Assembly (NCBI GenBank): GCA_950097015.1
Contig: CATNEN010000031.1
Span: 2,046,001-2,110,000, forward strand
DNA from: Macrostomum hystrix
Taxonomy: Eukaryota > Animalia > Platyhelminthes
DNA: 64,000 nucleotides
Reading direction: 5' to 3'
The notes below the pieces were generated by a model that saw only the letters and a program-made list of their open reading frames with translations, searched no databases and was not told where the DNA came from. The position numbers were made by a program, and so were the translations under genes. Below, piece by piece: positions 35,918 through 46,800 of this stretch (the stretch's first letter is position 1; each line of letters begins with the position of its first letter).

Positions 35918-36329
35918 ATGGCTACCGAAAGACTTGTCAATCTGACTGACGAAGAAGTCAGTTCACTCATCGAAGGAACGGTTCCAACAAACACGCTAAA
36001 GAAATGTCGCTGGATGTTTTCTACTTTCCAAGAGTAGAAATGCGGCGAAGAAAGTGCTCTGGTGTTCCGACGGTGGACCCTCGCTTATGGTACTGAAAGG
36101 CGCAGATTAGTTCTCGAAGTCCGATTAGAACTTTCTAATGAAAAGTTTCATTCTTGAGGTGAGGACAAAGCGCAACGGTCGCTACTCCGCTGGGACATTA
36201 AAGGATTTCTTTTCGTCAATACAATGCGCCATGTGTATCGCTGTCAGTGGTGCATCTGGACGGACATCGACATGCACAAGTGCAACTGTTAAATGGTTAC
36301 AATTTCATGTTGAATCGATTTCATTTTAA
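35918..36329 (+). pseudogene. Crypton/DUF3504 (tyrosine-recombinase transposon-derived) remnant
   Basis: MATERLVNLTDEEVSSLIEGTVPTNTLKKCRWMFSTFQE* (TAG at 36035 where W is expected), then FILEVRTKRNGRYSAGTLKDFFSSIQ. No catalytic core seen. Confidence 0.6.
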
Positions 36330-36699
36330 AACATAAAGTTCTCGTTTATTTGCACTCTGTGCCGGTGCAAATAAATCATTTATCTGCACCGGTGCAGATA
36401 AACGAAATAAACCATTAGAACATAGACTACTGCACCAGTGCAACTGGGGGATACATAAAAGAATCAAAGCTTTACTTCCAGTTCATTAACAAAGCGCAAA
36501 GTTGGACGCACTAACCTAGTTACTCGCACTAACCTGCAGGACAGCAACAGCTACGGGTGTGGCCCTAGACGTTGGTAATCGCGACTTGCTTCAAACAGTC
36601 AAGGCTGTTTAGCAGAAGCAGAATTTACGAAGCAATTATATCTCTTGTCCCACAAAACATCTGCCTTTAGTAACTAACTCAATCGATTCTTAAACTGCA

Positions 36700-39117
36700 A
36701 TGGAATCAATACATCAACAGGGCCGACCAAGTACTTTCTCGCAGCCATTGTCAAGTGCACGATCGGTAGAAGTTCTCAATACAAGAACAATGAATTCGGC
36801 ACAATCCAAGAAGTCAGACCCCGTAATGCGGACTCTGCACTTCATGCGTTACGGGCAAAGCGACAACAGCACAATCATGGCGGTTAAGCGAGGAGGGGCC
36901 AATGAGAATAGTTTTTCCAAGATTATTGCATTGCACAACGCCAAAGAAGATAGGACCCAAGAGGAAATTGTCGACGAGATTCTGCAGGGGATCCAAACAG
37001 ATGCGAAGTTCAGGAAGAAGTACGTCTTGTCTTCTATGTTCTTAATCGGTGCTGGCGCCTTCGGATCCGTGTTTCGAATCATCTCCAACGCCACAGGCTC
37101 TTCTGAAAATCCAAAGTACAATGAAGACTATGTGAAGTATCTCCAGAAGATGAGGAAAACCATAAAGCCCACTCGATCTGCTCTGTTGGACGCGTACAGA
37201 GACGAACACTGTTTGGACTTAGTAGCTGTCAAGCTTGAAGCCCTGACTCATGAGGACGTGGAAAACAATTCGGTTGGAAATATCAACCTCATCAGAGAGT
37301 TCTTCCTTCTCCAAGAGCTTTTCGCAAATCAAGACAATCGGTACCCTCTGGTCGGATTTCCACTGCCCATCGATTTCAACTATGTCGGAAATCAACAAAT
37401 CACCAAAGATCTCGGAAAGGTTCGGACTTTATGAGTTGCTGCTTCGAGCAGAATTTTTGTCGCACTGCTCAAATGAGAAATTAGAATCGATTAATTGATT
37501 ACACCTACCCATTCGGACATGATGTGCAGCCGACAGCAAAGCCACAGCTATTGCTCGGCGCATCCGACACAGTACGGCTGTCCAGTCCATGGACTGGGCG
37601 GAAGCCATATGCACTCTCAATTTCTCCAGTTAATGCTGGTACCCAATAAGCAGCTGGGTGAACTGAATCATGTAAGGGTGAAGCGTCAGCCAAATTCCGA
37701 CACCCGAAGACTAGGCTACAATCCCCGTATCCTAGATCGTTTAAAACTGGCATTCGTATTGTTACATAAACATGTAGAAGAATTATATAATGCGAATTTA
37801 CTTATTTTCTGCAAATTTGGCCATCTAAAACAAGAATTTCGCCCTCCACTAATCCATACATTGTAACCCACAAAACAGGTGATCGTCTACGATCCGTATG
37901 GTGTGCAGTGCAGCTTCAAAGATACTTATCTTGACAAGTACAACATCTTCGGTCTGCAAGAGAGCGACATTACAGACAAGACGTATTTTACCATGGAGCT
38001 GCTCGGACCAAATATGGATGACTGGAAAGAGTTCTTCGCGCTAAAGCACTCCCGCCAAGGTCGCATCTTCTTCTCTGTGCAAACCACTCTGAAGTTGATG
38101 GATCAGTTACTGTGTCGTCTGCTCATCATGCACCGAAAAAACATGGTGCACCTCGATCTCAAGCCAGACAACATGTGCATGGGTATCGGCAAAATGACCA
38201 ACACTGTCTACCTGTTGGACTATGGTCTGTCAAAGTTCTGCTCAGATAACAAGCCAGACATCACCATGGGTAGTCGTCGCTACATGTCTGTAGCTGTGCT
38301 CAACCTGCAGCCCGCGAACTATATGATGGACATTGAGTCGTGGTTCTACATCCTGATTGTACTGCTCACTGACTACATTCCGTGGAGCGATGAAGCACTG
38401 TCCGGCCAGCTGGGCAAAAACGAGAAGGAGGGGGGTGCCAGAGAGGAGAAGCTGCTGATGCTGGTAGCCCAGACCAAGAAGCTATTTTGGGGCGACGATG
38501 GCATCTGGGATAAGTCGCTCATTCAAAATGTGTGTTAAACACGATAATTTATAAATGTATGCTTGTACTACAGTGGACTGTTTTACGAGTTTCTACAGAT
38601 GTAGATAAAATCCTTATAGAGAAATTCTTGCACGAGTTGAAATCCAATCATTACTCACCTAATTTGAACGCTTTAGGTGATCGATAAAATCGAAGGCTTC
38701 CACAAAGTGGACGTACCGGACATTGGAGCAATCATCATGGAAATCTATGAACACATAAAGCGAATGCGCTTGGACTTCTACGGCCTGTCTTGCCTTCGCA
38801 TGAACGCAGAGATTCGTGACGAAGATAGCGACTTGTTCAAGCGTTACAAAGCTCTCCGCAAACTACTGCTCTTTCCGTACGATTGTGATTTTTCTAGCAA
38901 GGGCAGCTGCTTTGCCGGTGACAAAGACATGCAACGACGTCAGGAAGAGCGTCGGGCGAAGCACAACATGCTGATTTACGCCGAGAACGGTCGCAACTGG
39001 CACTGGGATTGGGACGATTGGTACGCTGAGGACTTCCCAGTTGAGGATGATAGCGTTGAAGCGGCTTCAAATTCTTCTGTCACCGACACCACTCGGCTGT
39101 CGGCCACGTGTTCCTAA
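36700..39117 (+). CDS. Divergent CK1-superfamily kinase, copy B, ~603 aa (C-terminal tail frameshifted relative to copy A)
   Basis: Exons 36700-37419, 37879-38529, 38677-39117. Same catalytic motifs as copy A; exon 2 differs at about 12 of 651 nt. Confidence 0.83.
37505..37680 (-). mobile_element. tRNA-derived SINE, family 2 (partial), in intron 1 of kinase B
   Basis: Shares CAGTCCATGGACTGGG and TAATGCTGGTACCCA...CAGCTGGGTGAACTGAA with 42470-42790. Confidence 0.7.
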
Positions 39118-40835
39118 ACACGTCTCAGACGATTACTCTGTGTCGGAGGTGATTGATCAAAAGACAACGGCATCTTTCGAGTGAAGCCACATTAAAGAGT
39201 TCTAGCCCTGACCTGACTAGCCCTGACCTGACTAGCATTCCTTTTCTTGTACCAACTACCATAATAGAATCGGCAGTTTACTACTTACGACATTGACATT
39301 ATTTTTAACGTCCCTTTCGTCAGCCAAGTCATGCGATGTTCGAGGAGATCGACATTTTTTCTTTTAAACGCATATATTGCCACAAATATACTATCAATCT
39401 CTAAATACTATGATATATACTATCATTCTTTCATCGCCAAAGTTGAATTAATATAAGTGAAGCAAGAGATCTTTGTACGAGTATCCTCCTTCTGCATTAC
39501 TCGTTTCTTGGTCTGCACCTCGCTTAGGTTTCTGACGCCATTACAGATACTATACTTCGTATCACCCCTCAGCAAGTGCTTCCTTGAGTGCGAATTTTGT
39601 CGGTCTTTTAACAGGAGACTTGATTCATACCACAGCAGACACAGCAGGCTCTGTCTAATAGTGAAAATTGAGACTCAACAACCGCAGAGAGATTATGTGA
39701 GCCTGATCAAGAATTTTCATTAACAAATATGATGAGCGCATACTGATAGTCACGTGCTCATGATTCTGGCATAAACGATATGTATTTTTGTGTTGGAGAG
39801 CTCCAGTTACAGTATTTTCGTGAATTCGTGATGCTGTCATGCATAACATAAAGACTAAAAATTTAATGAAGCAAGACAGGAAAATTGGGATTTAAATTAA
39901 TACAATACATTTAATCGAGTATATTTAGGACGAATACAGGAAGCCGTACACATAGTCCAAGTAAGCAGCTAAATTCGCAACTAACTCAATCAGTTTAACA
40001 TTTGGGCCCAGCCCATAGTCGAAAAGCAAGTGACGGATTAATGGAACAGAATGTAGCTCGTACTGCAAAGCCTCACAGCAGGTGAATGCAAATTAGATGT
40101 GAGGGAAATCATAGCAAAGGAACTCATTCAACTCTTTGGTTTGAGTAGCAATCAGTCTCAATTAAAATTGAAAAATGTTCTAACTGACAATGCCAGCAAT
40201 CAATATCGTCTAGGAGGAGCATATTCAGATCCGAGCGACTTGTGCCTATAATTTCTCTAAGTCTAGGCCATAGACAACTGGGTAGACAACCCGTATCTCA
40301 CTGAAGGAGGAAACTCACTGGACTTCCTTATCATGCAATATATATTCTAAATGTTTGTTTCAAAGCTGAATAAACTCTCTATAATTTAGTTAAAGCATGT
40401 GCGTCTACTGTTTTAGCTGCTGAGCTGTGCTTAAATAAAGCAAAATGAAGACAACAATTGTCACTTAGTAGTGCACGACCGTAGAAAGATGTGATGCAGA
40501 AAAAATTTTTAATTATCGCCCGATTTTAGCGAAATCTTGCTTAAATTGTAGAAAAAACATCAATTCCTATCGAATAAGAAAAACAATGACAATGTTCGTC
40601 TTCTTTAAAATTTATTTAAGCACAGCTCTAGCTAAAACAGGCGGACGCCTGAGGTTTTAGGCCAGCCAGTCAGCCTACACTAGTCCGGAAAATGGGGGTT
40701 TGGCGGGGAGTTGTCTCCCCAGTTTCTACATTCAGAGCTCCATGTCTCTGGAGCCAATGAAAATAGTTGTAGAATAACTTTAATAGTATCGAAACTGAAA
40801 TCTTAAACATAAAAACCGCGATGCAGAGTCCCATT

Positions 40836-43800
40836 CTATCCTAGCGTGGGTAGTGGAGTGCCTGCTGAGGTGAGTACATTGGCGTAGGACGTCTTGAGAA
40901 AGTTCACGTAGCTCTGCAACGATCGATTGGTGCTCTGAGACTGCTCCAGCCGCTCCTTGACGTCCTCCAGCCGCTGGTGCGTGCGCCGCGTCTCTTCGTC
41001 CTTGTCGCGCAGCGCTCTCGCCGACTCGGCTCGCTGCGCTGCCAGGTTGCTCTCCAGCTCGAGCACCCGCGCCTGCAGACGCTTCTCCGCCGCGGCGGCC
41101 GCCTCGCGCTCCTGCAGACGGCGAGATTCTGACGTCGCCTGCTCCAGCTGGTGAATGAGAGCCGAGCACTCGCGCTGCTTGGCCTCCAGCTGGCTGGCCA
41201 GGCCGCCTCCGGACTCCTGCTGGCGAGCTAGACTGCGCTGCGCCTCGCGTCTTTCATCTTCGGCCAAGCGGAGGCGCTTCTCGAGGTCCTCGCAGCGTTC
41301 GCGCAGGATGCGAGACTCCTGAGCCTGCAGCTCCGCCCGCTCCTGAGCACTGCCGCTCCGACCCGCCAGCTGCTCCGTCTGCGGATGAACATTTGCGCCA
41401 GTCTGATGAGTGTCATACCCATCCTGAACCTGTCTGTCTGATGAGTGTCATACCCATCCTGAACCTGGTCTGTCTGATGAGTGTCATATCCATCCTGAAC
41501 CTGTCTGTCTGATGAGTGTCATACCCACCCTGAACCTGTCTGTCTGATGAGTGTCATACCCACCCTGAACCTGGTCTGTCTGATGAGTGTCATACCCACC
41601 CTGAACCTGTCTGTCTGATGAGTGTCATACCCACCCTGAACCTGGTCTGTCTGATGAGTGTCATGTATGACCTAGTTAATTAAAAACAGCAAAGCAAACT
41701 GTATATTATTGGTTAGAAAAAAATGTTATTCATTAAATAAAACTGACACTTTTATTTTGCTAAATATTTTTAACACTTTTGATAAATCGAAGTAAAATTT
41801 AGACTCGCGCTAAAACCATTGCTACTAGAAAGACTATTTTTGTCTACTAACACTCTTAATGTCTATCCATTTAACGTGTCTATTAAAGTCGTCAATTTTT
41901 GTTGCGGCCAATCGGTATTATTGAGTTGTTGCTATTTTTAGAAAAATGGTCGGGGATCCCCTCTCCACCAACCTCATCCCCTAGCACGTGACTAGCCTAA
42001 GCCAATCACAATTTTAACGTCCATTTCAACTGATTTTGGAGGAGGTGTGTATCCACCAGTGAATCAGCATTCTGCAGCCAATAGTGAGCAGTACCTGCAG
42101 ATCCATCTGCTCATATCGCCTGAGCTGTGCCCTGGCATCAGCCAGTTCCATCTCTCGCTGTCGCAGGATATCCGGAACATCGTCAAGATCGTCCAGTCGT
42201 TGGGAGAGCTTGGAACGAACCTTTGTTTGTAATGTTAAGTTAAGGTTATTAGAAGTCACAGCAAATACATTACTGAAACAGTTAGAATAATTTTCAAGTA
42301 TTATTGTGTTATAAAAAGCCTTATTGTTAGTTAAGAATGAGGTTTGTGTCATTGGTGTTTCATTACCTTTGAAAATGTTAATTTTCATGGGGGCACATTA
42401 AAGTAAAATTTAAAATGCATGACTATACTCGTGTTAACGGTATTTAATTACTATAATTAATTACAACTGCCCCGATTGGCACAGATTTCTAGCCGACAGC
42501 ACAGCCGCAGCGGTGCATCTGAAAGCTGCGTACAGCTGTTCAGTCCATGGACTGGGGGGACGCCACACCCACCCTGAATTACCTACAGATAGTAGCATAA
42601 CTATCTGTAATTCTACTATCTGTGGAGTTACCCCAGCTAATGCTGGTACCCATTTACCAGCTGGGTGAACTGAAACAATTCAGAAGAAGACGTGTCTTGC
42701 TGAAGAACAAAATTTGTTCCCTCGGAGTCGGGAATCGAACACCCGACCTTCAAGTCGTGACTCCGACGCTCTAACCACCCTACAACCCTACCCCTACATA
42801 GAAATCTCTTCGTCTAAAATTGTTATCAGGCCCTGTCTTTTAAGGAAAAAATTTAAGCAAACGCACATATTTTAAAACTCTCTCCTGGAAACTCAAAAAC
42901 GAGACATTGTTAATGAGCTATTGGGAGGCCTAGTCTAAGTCGGAACGCAGAATAAAATTATAACAAATTATACTGACAGGCATGCACTTTAGCTTTATAT
43001 ATAAAAAATCAGCAATAAAATTTTATCAGACTTTAGTTCCTCTGCGGGACGCACAACATCACACGTTTTGCTATTTACTAACATTTGTTTTCAGTTCGTG
43101 CGTGCTGGATTTTAAAATTAAGCGCTCCAGCGTTCAAATAATGCACTTTAATAAAAAAAAACTGGAAAAGTGCAGAAACTGGACAGCTAAAGGCCGGCAT
43201 CATGCAAACTTATTTTGATAGTAATTTGTTAATAAAAATTCTTTACTTCTAATAAGAGTTTCAATTTATAAGTTATAATTGTACATTTAAATTCTGTCTA
43301 ATTTTAAAATGAGGCTCTGTCTACAACGCAATCCTTCTAAATGCCTAAACAGGTCACGTGTACAATGCACTGCTGCATATATGCTTAACAAGCAACGACA
43401 GTTGGGTAAAAGTGCAATTAAAAACATCTGCAGTGTCGGCTTTGCCAGCTTCATTGTTGTTAGGTGCGAATTAACCGCATGACTATTCTGGGCAATAAAT
43501 AAAAAACAGGAGTCTTAACTGGGCAGGGGTAGAGAGGGATAGAGTTCAGGAGTGAGGTGGGTTTTCTAGTGTGGGGTGGAGAGGGTCGGCCCGGGAGTGA
43601 GGTGGATGGCCTAGTGTTGAGATAGAGGCGGTCGGGGAGTGAGATGGTTGGCCTAGTGTGAGGTAGGAAGGGTTAGGGAGTGAGGTGGATTGCCTAGTGT
43701 TGAGATAGAGAGCGTCGGGGAGTGAGGTGGATTGCCTAGTGTTGAGATAGAGGCGGTCGGGGAGTGAGGTGGCTGGCCTATTGTGAGGTAGGAAGAGTAG

Positions 43801-46800
43801 AGGGCTTTCAGGTTCAGAACTTTTTTTAAAATAGTTTTTCTTGCTAGTAATCTAGAGCCCCAGTTTCTCAAGTTAAAAAAGCTAATCTAAAGTTTTAGTA
43901 GCGGTTGTAAAATGGAAAGCACTACACTAAGATACGATTCCGGGATTGAAGCCAGCAGCAGCACCTGTTGCAGCTGGCGCAGTGTGTACGCATGAGCCCG
44001 CATTGCCAGCTGATGCAGCAGCTGCAGCCGCTTCAGCAAGCAAGGCACGCACGGATCGTGCGGCCTGTGCGCGCACGCCGGGCACAGCTCAACGCTGAGG
44101 CCGGCGCCTACATCGCTGAAATGATGTCGACCGCCAAGAGTAGCCGATAGTGGCGGCGGCGGTGGCGGCGGATCGTTGTCGAACGAAGCGCCGTCACCGA
44201 ATGTTGTCTGACAATTCGGCGACGATATGGTAAAATCAATAAATTGCGTTATGCCCTTTTTTGTACGAGTTATACTCGTAGCACATCGATAGATAAAAAC
44301 ATAAAGTAGATAGACATCTGCTACATAGAAAATAAACACCTAGTCTTTATCGAAAAGGCAATAGTCAAATGAAAAATCAGCGAAAGACATTTTTGTACTC
44401 GCTTTGATTTCTCGTTTTCTTTAATTACTTCATTGATGGTGTGGTATTGTTGTTTTCTTGTTGGTTTTTAAAAGTGGTAAATTGCACAGCAAGCGTGTTA
44501 TCAAAAGCGAAAGTCTAAACAAACACACTGTACATTTCTGGGAAGCTATGTGCGTTCCATGGGGGATAGACAGCCTGCCTAATCTCACGGGCGGAGTGAG
44601 GTGGCGCGGCAGGCCATGTACATTTGGTAGCCAGTGGAATGTACATATCATAGCCAAGAACCAAGCCCGAAAGAGACTCACCTGCTGTTTATAGTCCTCG
44701 ATGAGGTTCTCATAATGACGCAAAGTGCTACGCAGGCCGTCCATCTCAGTCTGCTGGGTCTCCAGCTGTTTTTCGAGGCTCTTCACGGAGCTCTGCAGAA
44801 TGCAGGGGGTGATTCAGGGTTGATCTGCGATTTTTCTAGAGAAACATTTTCGACTGTGTGCGGGTGTGCGGGGCACAGCTGGGTAGATAGGGCCGATGAG
44901 GGCCAACTCTCTCCTGCAATCATTTTCTTATTACTCGTATTATTTAATGGTGTGAAAGTCCATCAAATGAGCGCACCTGCAGCCGCATTCGTTCCTCCCC
45001 GCTGACCAGCTCAGAGCGGGCGCGCAGCCGTTCATTCTCTTCGTTCAGCCGCTCGCAGCGATCCAGCAGGCTGGCGGCCTCCTGCCGAGCTCGAATCGCC
45101 TCCGCCTCCGCCCGGCTTGCGCGCTGCCTGGCTGCGGCTGCCTCCCGTTCGGCGGCTGCCGCGGCGCCGGCCGCCTCTCCTTCGGCGGCTGCTCCGTTGG
45201 CAGCGGCGGCTGCTTCCTCAACGGACTGGCGCAGCAGCTCACCGGCTTGGTCGCGCTCGACGCGCGCCCTGGCCAGCTCGGACTCCAGGCTTCTCAGCCG
45301 GCCAGCTAGGCGGGCGATCTCTGCATCCCGCTGGCTGAGCTGGAACTGCAGATGGCCCTTGGCCGACTCCAGCGCCACCTGCAGGCCATTGGCTGCGGCG
45401 TCCTGCGTGTGTGCGTGATGAGAAAGGGAGGAGATGAGAGAAGGGAGGGGATGAGAGAAGGGAGGGAATGAGAGAAGGGAGGGGATGAAAGTAAGAAAAT
45501 GAAGAACAACAAGTTATTAAATGCCGCACCTGTTCTCGCATCCCGGCAATCTGGGCCTTCAACAGTCCGGCCGACTCCTCGGCCGCAGCCCGGCCAGCGT
45601 CCGAGTCGGCCAGCCGACGCAGCAGCTCGGCTCGCTCCTCCGCTAATTCGGCAGCTTCGGCCTCGGCGTCGCCGCGCGCCCGAAGCTGACGGCGCAGGCG
45701 TTGCAGCGTGGCGCCCAGGTCGGCGGCCCGCTGGCTGAGCGTCTCCTGGGCGGCCACCAGCGCGTCCCGATCCGACTGGCGTCGCGGTGGCCGGCGGAGC
45801 AGATCGCCAAAGGCCAGCAGGTGGCGATTCAATGCCTGCAGCTCCAGTTCGGCGGAGATCAACTGCCTGGCGAGGTCGCCGCCTTCCACCTCCTGACTGA
45901 GAAGGTCCACCGACTGGCGCAGCTCGGCGTTCTCAGACTCGGCCTGGCCGAGACGTTCGCGCGAGGTCGAGAGTTCGCGTCTAGCGCGAGATAACTCCGC
46001 CTAAGCCCGAGTGCCGATTTTGGTTGTAGATTTTGGTTGGTTCTCGTGGGATGGAAAGCTCGTATGAAGATTTGGGTAAACAAATACAGCTCCCTTAAGG
46101 AATTGGGGCATCACTTACAGGTACCTGAAGGATTGGGGGAATCAAATACAGCTACCTGAAGGAATGGGTAATTGAATACAGCTACCTGAAGGAATGGATA
46201 ATTTAATACAGCTACCTGAAGGAATGGGTAATTGAATACAGCTACCTGAAGGAATGGGTAATTGAATACAGCTACCTGAAGGAATGGATAGTTTAATACA
46301 GCTACCTGAAGGAATGGAGGAATCAAACATAGCTACCTGAAAGTTCCATTGACAGTATAATATAGTGAAAATGTGATATTTCTGTGTGCATCAAATGCTA
46401 CGCGCTGAGTTTTCTAGTGACCAAAAATTATCGTGTCTTTGGTCATTAGAAATCCCTCAAATAAATCTACCTCCAATGATCGAACTCACCTCAGACCTAA
46501 GCTTGCCAACTTCGCTAATAAGAGACTCAACTCGGCCCTCGTAATCGTCCGGATCGTCAATGTCCCGCTCAGCTGGTTCATACTGAATGGTTGACAGATT
46601 TTGGTGAGGTGAAAAAATTGTGATTAAAAAGCTGCACTTCTACTTATAGTAGAGGAAAAAGATTCGCAATATATAATAACTCTAATAACTTTAATTATGT
46701 ACACCGAATAGTAAGCCGCCTGAGTGTAAGGCTCGCTCGTTGTGGGCCTGGGCACACAACGTGCAAAATCATAAGTGATTACGCCGAGATTTGACGTGCC

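Noticed and set aside
42723-42790. Possible tRNA gene on the minus strand
   Set aside because: It has A/B boxes but no convincing acceptor stem, and runs into a body shared with other dispersed copies, so it is a SINE head. The same applies to 47441, 48731 and the fragment near 9406-9470.
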